Positions 11,411 through 25,564 of a DNA stretch of 64,000 nucleotides are shown here, one piece after another. The stretch is taken from NCBI GenBank assembly GCA_964106915.2, contig OZ066914.1, one strand, 5' to 3'. A program made the translations under genes and the position numbers. Position 1 is the first letter of the stretch, and each line of letters starts with the position of its first letter. Below the pieces are notes generated by a model, which worked only from the letters and a program-made list of their open reading frames with translations, was not told the DNA's origin and searched no databases. Origin of the DNA: Podarcis gaigeae. Its lineage: Eukaryota.

Positions 11411-14400
11411 AAGAATACAAGACTCCCTTTGAATGTAGTCTCTTGGGCTGCTGAAATGGAGTAAACAGTCCAGGAAGATGCACTTTCATGTATTGAGGCA
11501 GGCATACATGAAACTTTCTTTGCCCAGTGTCTCAACTCCAAATGTGTGTGCTTGAGTTGGATTTGATGGTCTTAGGCTTCTAATCAACCTTTTTCTACAG
11601 GTCATTTTAGCTGACGTTTCTTGCTTGTTCTACATTAATAAATGTGCAGTGGCATTTGTCAGAACACGCTTAACATTAAAAAATAGGTGTCTGTCTAATC
11701 TACTATAAGAACTCTGTTAACTAAGGTCCAGTGACTTTAAGAACAATCTTAGACCCTGAGCATATGGACCTAATAAGTGCATGATCTTTCTATACCAGTG
11801 ATCACAGTAAATCTGGTTATCAGTATTTCCTTGTCATGTGTTCCAGAATCCATACATAATTTACTCTCCACCAGAACTTCTGCTTTTGTTTAACCCTTCA
11901 GGGTGGAGTTGAAAAGGGAGTGAAGGGGGAAATGGGGGCACAAAGAGGGTTGCAAAAAAAGCGGGTGTAGGAGAAAGGGATTGAAGATGAAAGCAGCCAT
12001 TTCCTCAAAGTCTAATTTCTTCTGGTTTTCACCTAAAAACATTCCCCAAACCCCGCTAGCCAAACTTCCCTGATAACCTCCCCTTTTCCTTCTGCAAACA
12101 AGCAACTTCATTCATTTTTGCACTGTGATACCACTTTCATTCAACCCAATGTCCTTACCCAATTAACCCAAAGCCTCTCTTTTTCACTGACCAACGTCCT
12201 AGTTTTCCTGTTGGTTCCTAGGAATGCTTCTAAGAACAATTTGTGTACTGGTTTTGGTGTTCCTAAGCTCAAACTGGTATTAGTGTGCTGTTTATAGATT
12301 TTCAGTAAACATGCTAATTTCCTTTTGAGACAGTAAGCTAGTTTCAAATATTATAAAAAATTAATTCTGATTTATCTCTCTGATTTATCTCTCTGGTCCC
12401 TCTTGGGGTGCCAAACATGGGGATATGTCCAAATCTCAATGTCAAAAGCTCCCTCATATTGCAGGCTTGCATGTAAGCAGCACACTTCATTACCAGCCCA
12501 TTCATCAGTAAAGTGTATATGTCTTTAAAATTTAAAAACAGTGGATGGCATTCATTAATTTCAGTGTGTCTACTCAGAGTAGGACTTAGTTGAACACAAC
12601 CCATAGGGAAGAAGAGTGTCAAGGCTAATTCACATATGACTTTTGCAGTAGTTGCCCATTTGACAGAATAAATCACGTGACATATACATTAAAAATGTCT
12701 ATCGGTGTGTACATATTTTCTCCTACCTAGAATATTAAACTACCAAGGCTGAACGGGTCTTCAGAAAAGTGTTTTCCTCTGACGAGTTTTGGCTGCACTG
12801 CTCTGCTGTGTACAACCTTTTAAATTGCTGTGGAAAACAACAAACATTTTATTTTCACTGCAAGGCATTATCAAGAACATAAAATGCAACCATGTGCTGT
12901 TTTATTGCTAATGGGTTTTGTGTGGTTTCCCCCCCTCTTTTTTTGGTTCAAGTTAATGGTTTTTCTCCCGTTCAGAGTAAGTCAGTACAAAATCTTTTTT
13001 TTTAAGATTTCAAGAAAAGTTATATTAAACATTAGGTTGAGATCGCAGCCTAGTAAGTCAGAGATGCTCTCAAGCATATCCTTTCTATTTTGGCGAGAAA
13101 TAAAAAACTTTTAAGAGCTGGAAGACTTCTAATTTGTGGTAGGCTTCAAAGCTAAAGACAGTTCTTGCATAAAAACACCATTGAGCATTCATGAGGTAGC
13201 CTTGTGAAATCTATGGGGCATATCTATGTCAGTCAAGAATGTACTTCAAAAAATGCCCTTCAAAGTGGATAGCTCCCCTTGTCTATAACATATTAAGGCT
13301 GCCCTTTCTTCTGTCATTTAGCTATGCAGCAAGGTATTACGAACAAATGGAGCATGGTGACAGCATTCTGTTGTACCTCACTGTGAATCGCCATCATATT
13401 CTTGAACATCACTCATTCATATCAGTTCCTACCACTCTAGTTAGAAAAATCTTCCTTTGCAAATATTACTTTGCACTATGCAGACCAAATCTTGGCTGCT
13501 TTAATGAAGTTCAGTCGGACTTGCATCCTTTCTGGACAAAACTCCTCCCCCCTTTATGCGCATGGCCTCTGTAATGTGCAAGAGATGCCTTTTTAACTTA
13601 ACACACACACCCCAGCAAAGATAATACGCAATATACAATACTAGAAGCTTCTCCTTTGCTTGTCAGCTCCCCTACCATTCCTCCATTAACCCCCTTCCCA
13701 CCCCATGCCACCAGCTTTCCCAAATCCATTTCTGGAGCCACTTCTGTCTTCTGTTCTGCAGCCCCCCCTTTGCACCCATTTTCACCTTCATCCTCATGTC
13801 CTTGCCACTACCTCCCCCACCTTTTGTGCCACCCCACCTTACTTACTAACCACCCCCTAGTAACCTCCTGTATCCTCTTCCTTCTCCTCCTGCACATTGC
13901 ACCTATTAAGCATACTTTTCACCTCCTATTCAAATCGGTTATAGTTTTTTTTTTTTTGCAGTATTTGGATGTGCCTTTTTTCATTTGATTCTGCTTCACT
14001 GATAAGCTCCTTTGAAGATTTCTATAGCAGCTGCACACACATTTCCACAATTGTGTCTCACTACTGTTGTCCCATTGGTTTTTTGCTACTGTGTGCTTCA
14101 CGTTGGGGCCGTTTCCATGATCCCTTGGATTTCACAGGCCATAACATTTGAAAAGGCCACTATAACCTCTGCTCAAGACAAAGGAGCTCCTCTGGATCCC
14201 CAATAGCATTTTCTATCCTTTTATTATTGGGTACAGTGAAAAGTAGGCATGCCAAACTATTTTCTCCATTTGAGTACTGTTTCTGTACAGTACTTGCATG
14301 ATAATCCCACAAACTTTCTGTCTTGTCTGAGAGCTGTAATTGAGTCCTAATTGTTGTAATTGGAGCTGGTCTTCTCTTTCCCTCCTTTGTTTGCACTGGA

Positions 14401-17400
14401 AATGGTTGAATCATCTTGTGCATCCCCAGAGAGTCTGTTAATTGGGTGTCTAATAAATATTATAAACAAATAATACCACATCATATGAATAGTTTGTCCC
14501 ATAAGTATCTTGTAGTGTCACTGAGTAGCCCTTCAGTTTAAGCAAGAGGCTCAACGATACATGAGCAGAAATGGTAGAACATGCTCAGCCATAGAGCAGT
14601 GCCTTTTTAAGAGGAAGGAAAAAACCCTACTAATTTTGTATGCTACAGAAACAGCACACTTCTTGTTCCGTTCCTGTTTGCTGTACTTTTTACTATGCAA
14701 AGCCAACTTAAGTGTTCTCCAAGGGAAGAATGACAGTACTGCAGTAAAAAGATAATGCATTCAGTCTTGATCAAACCATGACATGACTTGTGCCTTCCTT
14801 GCATCTTATTGAGCATAGGTGATGCAGCTCAGTCTCTGGAAGCGTTTTCTGCAGGGCATAAGAGCAGTAGAGCTGTTGAAAGCACATCAGTCATTTTATA
14901 TCTATATGGCATTGATTAATTGGTCTGATCTTCCTCTCTGTTATGATTACACAGCCATTGCTTTAGTTTAGCAACGGAAATGGCTGGGCACAAAAGATTT
15001 AACGTGGCCTGTTGGGGCGAGGAAAAGGAGAAGATCTTCCTCATGACAATGAATTAAACTGATTGTCTGGGTTGCTTAATGCAATTAACATGGTTATAAA
15101 TAACTGGGGGCTGCCTTTAATGAAAGCTGTGGTAGGTTGTTATAGAAATGTTGCCTCTTACAGCTTGCCTCAAGGTATGCATCACTAGAGCTGCTTAAAT
15201 AGCAAATTTAATTCATTTTTATGCAATTAAACTTAGACTGTGTGTTCTGATAAAACCCCCCAGGGGGTAGAATTATAACTCTACAGTAGGATCTGGTTGT
15301 CCACCTTTTTAGGGACATTTTGGCTGGCTTTTGTGTGCTGCTGTCAGACATAGGATATTTTTGTGAGCAGATTGGCGCATATTGGACATATTAATCAATT
15401 CTATACATGTGTGTGTGTGTGTGTGTTTTAGACCAGCCTCTTTTATGTATACGCCAAATGATTGTGAAATCTTGTCTATACTGTCAAAATTATTTTGAGT
15501 TAGATTTTGCATCATTCAAATTAATTTTTTATGAACTAGTACACCTTCAGTTCTCAGCTATCATTAGTTTTCTGCTGCCTTTGGGGTGTGGGGGATAGAA
15601 AGGGTTGGTTTTTTTAGGGCCTCAATTCTTCTGCTGCTCTTTTCTTTTGGAATTGTTTTTTTAAAAAGGCCTCAGTTCTTCACTGTTGCATAACTGGTCA
15701 TACACAACAATGAATAAGATTAATCCCATCAGCTCAATGGGTTCAGATGTGCCTTGCATTCCGACGCATGTATGGTCTTGCTGTTCTTGAATGCTTATGA
15801 TGACTTCACAAAAGGCCCCTGTCAGCAATATTAACTAGCACAGAGATTTAATTCTGTATTTATGCAGTTATTGAATGTGCTTCTCAGAGCTTCTGACAAA
15901 GGAAACAATGGTGCTCCATAGAGCTAAAAAGGTCAGATTAGTTATATTCTTGAATTTATGAAGACTCCAAGTACAAAGAGTATCTGCTACTCAAGATAAT
16001 ACTATAATAAAGCAATCATGCAACTTTAAAGGCAATTATTTTAAAAGGCGGGGGGGGGGGCAGGAAAACATCACATGTGGTACCAAATAGGTTTTTCCCC
16101 TCCTTCTTACTTTTTCTCATCAAACCAATCTCTAGTCCTGTTCACATGACATTAATAGAAGATTCTTACTTAGGAGCTGATATTTTAATACATGAAAGAG
16201 TCACCCGGTTCCAGAACAGGGATAGCTCTTCTAAGGAGATACTCCCACCCATTACATGTATGCATATTTTTGTTTTACACTAACAATTCAGATGAAACCA
16301 TGATTTACTCAAAAAGTGGAGAGCACATGCCGTATGTTTTTATGCCAAATGTACATTAACTATTTTCATAACAAATTACTGGACTATTTGTGAATAGAAT
16401 TAAAAAATCAAACCATGTCTGCTGCATTAGTTAATCTGGTATAAATTATGAAACTATTGATTATACTTTGCCAACATGCTGATTTTTTCATGCATCTGTC
16501 CCTTATGAAGACACATGAGGCATCTGGATGGGATATTTTAAGGTCTATTAATTTAAAATAGCCATCAGTAATCATTCCTCCTGCAGTGATTTTAGTAAAG
16601 CTTCCCCTTTCACTATGCAGGTTTTTTGAACTTCATACAAATAGCAATGTTATAAAGGTAACAGAGTATGCATCAATGTATTCACAAAATCTCCAGGCTC
16701 AATTTGCAAAATTATGTTTTGTGACATAAGAAGATTAATTTCTCTACCTGCTCTCTCAGAAGAAGGAAAGAGTTACGAGAAAGGGTTGGATTGGCTGCAG
16801 AAGGAAAAGACAGGATTTCCTATGGACCAAATGCTTTGGAGTAAAAGTTCTAGAATATGTTCTTTTATTGCATTTATATTTCAAATTTAAAAACGCAATT
16901 TAAAAAAAAGATACAAGGAGGGGTGTTGCTTTATATAAAGGGAATAGATCGAACTGCTGCACTATTAGAAGAAAAATAAATGGGACAAATAAATTAGTCA
17001 GTGCTGACAGTCTTCAGTGCCTGAGCACAGATAAGACTTTGCTAATTTTTCTATACAAGGGGAGGCATAACATATGCAGGAAGTTGCACTTCCTGGTTTG
17101 AAGAGTGAATAGGAAAGCCACTCTGGGGGAAAGCCAATATGTGCCTTAATTCAGGCTGCTTTAAGCTTAGTGCCACCATTCCATAGAATATATCTATACA
17201 ATTCCATACATATGACATTTCAGAATTAATTTCTGCTGAGTTGAATGGAGTTTGCTCCCAGTTAAGTTACAGCCCAAGGCTTGAAAATTCTCTTAATTCT
17301 ATCGTGTTCATCAGATAAAACCTTTCATTTCATTGCTCATCTAGACTTCTGTCATACATGTTGGAGAATTAATGTGTTTGGTTATAAAAACAAGTTTCCC

Positions 17401-17866
17401 TCATCCCTTGAAGGTACGGTGGCTCTCCATTTTGTACAGTCTGCTATAGTTCCTCTAGTGCCAAGTAAACACTTGCTCTTACATAAAATGTGCTGGTGCT
17501 GTCTTCAAAATTTATACTAAACTACTTCTCTCTCTTTTTTTATACTAGCAGCTTTATGTTCATCCCCTAAATTAATAAAACAATTGAAAACCTCTAAAGA
17601 TACATAAAAGGTGGTAATGATGATTTTGCTCGCTGCTGAAGCACATTTGTCTCTGGGGTGGAATATAAGCAACTGCTTAATAGCAAATTAAACACACTTC
17701 GAAGGATTGGGACAAACAAATTCAGCTGAAACATCTAGGGATAATATTTAAATAAGCAGGATCTTTTTGGTACATTGCCAAAATATCTGCACTAAACACC
17801 TACAGAAAGAGCTGGCAAATCTTAAACAAAAACAGTCAGCAAATTACTTTGTAATATAAAATAAAT

Positions 17867-18223
17867 GGGATGCAGGTGGCGCTGTGGGTTAAAGCCTCAG
17901 CGCCTAGGACTTGCTGATCGAAAGGTCGGCGGTTCAAATCCCTGCGGCGGGGTGCGCTCCCGTCGCTCGGTCCCAGCGCCTGCCAGCCTAGCAGTTCAAA
18001 AGCACCCTCAGGTGCAAGTAGATAAATAGGGACCGCTTACTAGCGGGAAGGTAAACGGCATTCCGTGTGCTGCGCTGGCTCGTCAGATGCAGCTTGTCAC
18101 GCTGGCCACATGACCCAGAAGTGTCTGCGGACAGCGCTGGCTCCCGGCCTCTAGAGTGAGATGAGCGCACAACCCTAGAGTCTGTCAAGACTGGCCCGTA
18201 CGGGCAGGGGTACCTTTACCTTT
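17867..18223 (+). mobile_element. Sauria SINE, full length (subtype B)
   Basis: Closely similar to 3899-4253; TSD tataaaataaat at 17855-17866 and 18224-18235. Confidence 0.92.
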
Positions 18224-18401
18224 TATAAAATAAATACATTTGGTTCTTTCTTAAATACAGGCAGTTCTTCAAAATACCCTTTAGCCAAATCCTTTAAAAT
18301 CCATTTCCAAGTACTCATGCAATTACAAAGCATAGGACAGACTACTGCAAACAGATGGATTTACCTATCTAATGCTGTGATGTTTTGGCTGTGGGTTTTT
18401 T

Positions 18402-18426
18402 TATATATATATATATATATATATAA
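18402..18426 (+). repeat. (TA)n microsatellite
   Basis: Direct observation. Confidence 0.9.
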
Positions 18427-19091
18427 AAAGCATGGTCGTTAAAACCTTCATTTTGTTAAAGTACCTGTGCCTCCATCTCCCATTAGATAACCTGACAGAG
18501 GCTTCACAGAAGGTTATCAAGCGTGATTGCTTTTTTTTCTCCTTGACAAAAGTTTTAGGATGGTTGCTAGGTGCCAATTTGGATATCATGCGTTTATGTT
18601 TTAAAGGTCAAAGGCAGCATAAAAGTATGTAGCCACTTAGCTGCCTTCCTACCCGCTGTCTCTGCCCAGCCCTTAGCCCTGTCTCTGTTTTAAAATCATT
18701 AGAAAGCTGTCAAACAACATATGTCATAGTTTCCAACAACTGAAGGGATAGCAAAGCAATGGTGTTGCATTAAGTAGATTCCCTAAACCTATCTCTGAGC
18801 AGGAGAGAACCAACTTTATGGTTTTATGTGAGTGTCTGCAGAATTCTCATTAGGGAAATCTTTTGGAAGTGGTGGGTTTCAGTCTGGTAAACAAAAGGCA
18901 GAAGGACTTTTCCAGAGTCACTGGGGGCAGAATTCAGTGCTCTAGTGTTTTAAGGGTGACTCTTTTCTTCCTACTGTTGCATTAATAGGATGGTGAAAAA
19001 ATATGCCACCCAGATATTCAAAAACATGCCACCCAAATGTGATCTCAATTGTCATGACTTTTTACCATATTACAAGAAGTGCCTTCAATGA

Positions 19092-19298
<207 letters not shown>

Positions 19299-19335
19299 GG
19301 ACTACTCCACAGCTAGCTTTGAAATGTATAAAATG

Positions 19336-19341
19336 AATAAA
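19336..19341 (+). terminator. Candidate proximal polyadenylation signal of PRMT3
   Basis: AATAAA 38 nt after the stop; further AATAAA near 19598 and 19843 are alternatives. Confidence 0.45.
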
Positions 19342-20999
19342 AACAATGGTTGTTTGGATCAACAACTTCAAAATACGTTTTTCTGGAAATGATAGTGCTA
19401 GAAAGTGTGTTCCCATAGACTGTTGGTTCTTCTCTGCAGGCTATTTTATACAATCTGAAGCAGTTAGTAGAAGAAACCACGAGGGAATTAAGTTTATTGC
19501 AAGACTGCTATCGTGGACGTGAACAGTGCAACTTTAAAAAATACTTTTGACCTGTTAATGAAATCATACTAAGTTGTACTCAGAGTAGAGTCAATGAAAT
19601 AAATGAATTGAAGATATGCATGACTAAATGAATTGAAGATATGCATGATTTCAATGGGTCTACTCTGAACATGGCATTGTTGGATACCGTTCTTTGATCG
19701 TTAAGTATTTAGAAACATAGCCAAGGTTCTTGACAAGGAGTCTGCTGGGATTTGCTTATTGCAATTTCCCCTCCAGTTTTGGCCTCCTTTAGATGGGCAA
19801 AACATTATTTTTCCTCAAGTATTTTTATATTACAACTGAAAAAATAAAGTTTTATTATGTGTATTATAAATTTATTATGTGTCTTGACTATGAGATTTTT
19901 GTATTGAGCCACCTGTTGAGACTTTGAGGTATCAGTCTTGTCAATTCTTTGTTTTGCTAACTTGTCACACTTGGTATTATATGCCCTTCTACATACAGGA
20001 TAAAATCCCATCACCCATTAAGATTGTCATACTTTAAATCTGTAAACTGTAACAAGACATGCACAATACATCATGACATACTATTGCCTACCTGATGACA
20101 ATCCAACAGATTCAGAATACCGCAATTGCCATTCGTAATCAGTACTGTTGCTTATGGTACATTGATTTGAGTTAAAGACCAATCTGGTTTTAACATACAC
20201 CTGGATTCTTTGGCTATCTGAAATAAAGAATAGCACAAATGGGCACATAGGTTTTGTTTTTTTTAAAGTCATGTGCAATCTGCTGCAATACCATGAAAGA
20301 TAGGTGAGCATTCTGTAACTCTTTAGAAAAATATTCTTTTCCCCTTCACTAGATGTTTGAGGCTATGCACGTGTCTTTACAACAAATGGTGTAGAGGGCA
20401 AGATGGCAGCATGAAACAGTAGACACCTAAATAGGTTTAGTGTGAATTTATCTAATGCATTTTCTGCCCTCCAGCATGCAGTCAGAAGGAGTGACTGCCC
20501 CTAGCCTTTTAGTAATTATCCTTGTCACTTTAAGGACACTCGGCTATCCATTTTGTCACTTTCTCCTTGATTCTCTATGTATTGCAGAGAATTCAAGTGA
20601 GGTACTTGAGTGTGTTTTGAGATGAACTTTAGAGCAGGCTGGAGGTTCTGCCTATTTCAAAGATCTGCATGTGACCTGCCCTCCACCTTGACATGTACAC
20701 AGAACTGGGGAGTAGGGAAATGCTAGTCGTAGCCAAAGGGGTACACATCCTCATTTAAAGTGTTCATGTCTGTGATGGAGGGAACTGCAAAGGTCATCTT
20801 ATTTAGCAGAAAATCCACTAATGCAGTACACCCAACAGGAGATTCCTTTAAGCAGAATCTGCTGCATGCCCACTTAGAAATGAGGGACCACCACTGCCAT
20901 CTTCAGAGATAGTCTTCTCCACTGTCAACACAGCCAGTGCAGTTGGGAACATTCTTACTAATGTTTAATCTAAATCATTTTCTGTTTTAATATGAATCC

Positions 21000-21210
21000 G
21001 TTGGTTTAGATCCTACCCTCTGGAGCAAAAGAAAACCAGTTTTGCCCATTTATGTAATAGCCCTTCAAATATTGGAAGAAAACTGTCATGTTGCCTTTTA
21101 AATATGGTAATCTCTTCTCCAGGCTAAACAGCTCCAGCTCTTCACATCCTTGTTCTCTATCCCCAAACCATCTGTGTTGTCATCCTCTAAATATATTCCA
21201 GTTTGCGGAT
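21000..21210 (-). mobile_element. Old CR1 fragment
   Basis: CCCTTCAAATATTGGAAG...TCTCTTCTCCAGGCTAAACA, reverse complement of LFSLEKR...FQYLKG. Confidence 0.55.
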
Positions 21211-22440
21211 CATCTCTATGCATTTGCAGTCATTGCTGTATAGAACACTTCTTTCCCTCCTGTCTCCATAAGGCTATGGCCTGGGCCATATTGGGAATTA
21301 ACACTGCAAACTGATTCTGCATGAAGTTCAGTCACCAGGGAAAGTTTTGTGATGTTCCACCAAGAGTGCTTAACTGCCCTTTCATTTCCCTCAAAGATTG
21401 TTCTGTCAAGGGTGTGGGCCAATACATTTTTGGCTAACAAATTGTCACTAACTCCCCCATTTTTAGAACTTGCTTTTGCAGCCAAAATCGTTGCCCCTTA
21501 ATTTACCAACCTCTTTCCCATCAGTGCATTACAAAGAAAATGGTTCTTTTAATAAATTCTTACAAGTGGTGCTAATACTTAAAAATAAGATCTCAAATTA
21601 ATCACATCACTAAATAGTTTATTAATGATGCAAAGCCACATGGGCTATTAAAGCTAAGAGGTTTGTCATTAGCTGATGTAACTACAGTTTGTGCAGACTG
21701 TTTTTATATTTAATGATTCCTTTAACTATTTAAGGCAATGATATGACTAGCCATTGAAGATGGAACGTTTGCTGTATATAGGCACCAGGTCTGGGAATCA
21801 TGAAGAGTGCTATAGGGTAAACTCCTGTAGCTAATAATTAAAAGTTATTCAGAATGGGCAAATACTCCAGTATAATAATCATAAATCCCATTATTATTTT
21901 CATCTACTACCATTTTGCAATTGGCTATACGAAAATAATTTTCAAAGCTGTTTTTGGAGACATATTTTCCAAAAGCTAGCTATGTTACACAGGGGAGAAC
22001 ACAGGAGCCCTATCACAGATAAGAAGCAAGAAAAAGCTCTTGGACTGTGAGGTAAGCTATTACTCATCAGATTCCTTTTTAGTTGTTGTTCCTGGATAAA
22101 TTAGAATCTGTTGTATACATGTGGAGTTTCCAGAAATTCAGAAGTATTATCCAGAACTGAGTTTGACCCAACCTTTCCTGGTTATTTTTGCTAAAGTATA
22201 AAATAGGATTTATTTCTGGGTGTCAAGTGTATATAAAGAAATAAAACACGCTTCTATGGAACTGGAAAACAGTATTATCCCCACAAGGGAACTTTTCCAT
22301 TTATAATACGCCACTAGATTATTTCGGAGTGTGTCAGCAACTGAGCTGCAAAACTGAGCATAGCTTTGTCATTGGACAAGGGAAAGCCATTAATATGGCG
22401 GCTGCTCTGGATCTTTTCTTAAGAAATGAGCCTCCTATTG

Positions 22441-22579
22441 GGGCCTTTAATAGATTTGGGGTTTTTCCCCATCTCACACTTTCTTGGTTGTCCTTTGTTT
22501 TTAATTCTCGGGCCTTTAATAGATTTGGGATTTTTCCCCCATCTCACACTTTCTTGGTTGTCCTTTGTTTTTAATTCTC
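22441..22579 (+). repeat. Tandem duplication, 2 x 69-70 bp
   Basis: 22441-22509 and 22510-22579 differ by one substitution and one indel. Confidence 0.95.
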
Positions 22580-23941
22580 TAGGACATAGTGTGTTTACTT
22601 TAATGAGATGCAGGGCCTGTGATCCAGCAGGAAGAGTGCTTAATCTTAAACTCGACAATGTTCTAATGGGTAAAGGAATGCAGAGAAGCATGACAGATCG
22701 TTTCATACAATCGCTGTAGCCGCCTGATTCAGATCCTTTAAAAAGAGAGGGTTATCCTTATTCCCAGACGATGTCAAAGTGGCATGATTATATAAGAGTG
22801 CTTACTGATGGAGAAGTTGGACTGCATGGTGGTGGGGGGCATACTGAAGAACACAAGGCTACCTGGGCAATCCTAAAATGTGGGGAGAGGGGAAATCCCA
22901 CAGCTGAAGAACTTCCTAATCGTTGCTGCCTCTATCTGGCTAGCATGGAAGAAGGTGGAATTATCTTGTTTGCTCTGTCCACCACCCCTGATTTATTTAT
23001 TTCTGTTGCTAATGTTCCCTTTGATATTAACATAATGGATAGAAAATCACTACACTCTCTCCAGGACTGGTGTAGGATTCTGTCCCCCTTTTCAGTATTG
23101 TTTCGGGAACAAGGATTTGGGATCCTGCAGGTCCACATCCACCCTTTCTTAACCCTGTGAAAAACTGCTGATGGTACAATTACACCTGCTGAGCTTTATG
23201 GGGCCTCCTTAAGAGCACAAGTGCTGCCCCCACCTGCAGAGTAATACTTACACCATCTCCCAATACGTACTCCTTAGGCAGACTTTGACCTGCTTTAGAA
23301 GTGCAGCCTCTAGTATCATTCATAAACAAGGGACACTTGAAATACATAGGGCCTACAGATGCTACCAAATGAGAAAATTGGGATCAAGTGTGAGAAGTCA
23401 TGTCATCTCGGCCTACTTTCCTTGCTACAGGAGGTATTGAGCAAAACAGGGAAGCAGAAAAGGAAGTTGATAAACTCTCATGGGCCGGTCAGTGTCTTGG
23501 ACTAGGTCAAATCCCAGCAAAGCAATAGTCACCAAACATTGTCCTTCGCTCACATGTGAGTACTGCAAGGCTGCCTCTGCAAATAGGCAGAGGGATCAGC
23601 TGCTTCAGGCAGCAAACCCTACTTTGTGTGTGCTGCTGCTTCCTGCCATTCTTCCTGAGCGCCCTAGTTTGCATTGCACCACTTGAGCTGAAATGCTGAT
23701 GTCACAGAATCATAGAACTATAGAGTTGGAAGGGGCCACAAGGGTCTAGTCCAACCCCTTGCAATGCAGGAATCTTTTTGTCCAACCTGATGCTGGAACC
23801 CACAGCCCTGAGATTAAGAGTCTCATGCTCTACCAATTGAGTCTTCTGTCAGTTTTGAAGCAAGAGGCAACTTCTACTCCAGTCTGCTTCTGTATGTAAA
23901 ATGGAGGACAAATCAACTTGACCTTCATCTTGGGCAACAAA

Positions 23942-24192
23942 GGGTTGTATCCAATGTAGTGCTGAGCTGAAGTCACTTAGCAATATACTTTTTCTGCTAG
24001 CAAAACATTTTGCACCATCAGGACATTGTTGCACAAGAGAATGCATACGCAAGTTGCTGCTAACTATGTTGCACAATAGATTGTGCAATCTGTTACACAA
24101 TTCATTTCTGCTAGCAGAATTGTTATGTTGGATTCCTTGGTTGTGCAACATTAAAGAACCTTTGCACTAGCAGAGAACATTGGATGCAGCCC
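23942..24192. mobile_element. PIF/Harbinger-like MITE
   Basis: TIR GGGTTGTATCCAATGT...ACATTGGATGCAGCCC, AAA on both flanks, interior of short palindromes. Confidence 0.6.
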
Positions 24193-25003
24193 AAAATGTC
24201 CTCAGCTGGTCCTAGGGAAAATAGCAATAAATTAAGTTCCAGATTTGGGGACTTTATTCAAGATAATCTGCACCATGGGTTGGAAAACCTAATGGCATTC
24301 TGCCATGCTAAGATAAACTTGCCTAAGCAGCTGGGAAAAGTGAAGGAGATGCTGTTAAGGTTTTTACTAAACACTTCCAACCATCTCAGATAGATGCTGG
24401 TAACAGTGGCAGCACATGAAATGATCCATTATAGCAACTAAATGCAAGTACCATGGAATGAGCTCAGTGCTGCTTTTGACTTTCCAATGCTGCTGTTCCT
24501 ACGGCTGTTGGCAGTGGGTAACCAAAGCAAAACACACAAAAAACCCAAGCCACTTAATGGGGCCCATACAAATTAAAGAGGAATAAAAATTACTCAACAA
24601 GTTAATTTGATTTTCCACTTGGGTACGACTCAGACTCCCATGGAAATGTGTATAATGTAGTGGAATAAAGCTCTAGAGAACAAAATAGGGTTGGTGCACC
24701 CAGATAGTTGTCTAATATATCCAAAAATGGTTTCCATTGTGTTTTATAGTAGCGTCACCAATATTCAGACACTGACATTTGCTTTAAGATGCTTTACACT
24801 GATCATTTTTATGTGGTTGGTGCAACTGAGCATTAAGGATACTGTTCTGTCAGCACAAGCATTTCTGCATGTCTGGTGGAATGATCTCCACTATTCTCTC
24901 ATCCCTCCAGAGCAGATTTGAGAAGGGGCAGGAGGTGTGAAAAGGGAAAGTCCCATTGCACTGATTTCCTCTAGCTCAACTATCTAGAAGAAATTGGCCA
25001 ATT

Positions 25004-25564
25004 ATTGAAATATACATTTGTTTAAAAACCAGAAGCTTTTCTACTAGGTATTGTAGGTACGGACATTAATAGACAAGATAACAAGTTATTTTTATAACGG
25101 CTGCGAGAATATTGTTGGCACAGAAATGGAAACAAGAATTGCTGACAAAGGAGGACTGGCAGATAAAACTGATGGACTACGCAGAATTGGATAAAGTGAC
25201 AGGAAGGATTCATAACCAGCGGGACCAAAAGTTCTTGAAAGACTGGAGTAAATATGCGAAATATTTGAAAGACAATTGTAGTAATTTGACTACGCTTGTA
25301 GGACTACAAGAAGTTGTGTAAGGAGAATAATACAAAATATTACAAAAAAAGGATTTAGGAAACAGATTTTATTGAAGATTTGAACTGTTAAAGTAATATG
25401 GACAATAACAAAATGCAGAATTAAGACGTAAAGTTTGAAAATCATTGGTTGTGGTTGATGGAAGTAGTAGGCTAAAACATAGCCAAATGGGCATACAAAT
25501 TGAGAAGACATGTTGTGTTTTTATCTTTTGTTTGTTTGTGTAAAAATCAATAAAAATATTAAAA
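25004..25564 (+). mobile_element. 5'-truncated L1-clade LINE (ORF2 C-terminus, 3' UTR, A tail)
   Basis: Broken frames KPEAFLLGI / AARILLAQKWK / WQIKLMDYAELDKVT; AATAAA and A-rich tail; perfect 16-bp TSD aagaaattggccaatt at 24988-25003 and 25565-25580. Confidence 0.85.

Noticed and set aside
13650-13930. C/T-rich tract with 110-aa ORF
   Set aside because: Low-complexity intronic sequence, no splice or homology support
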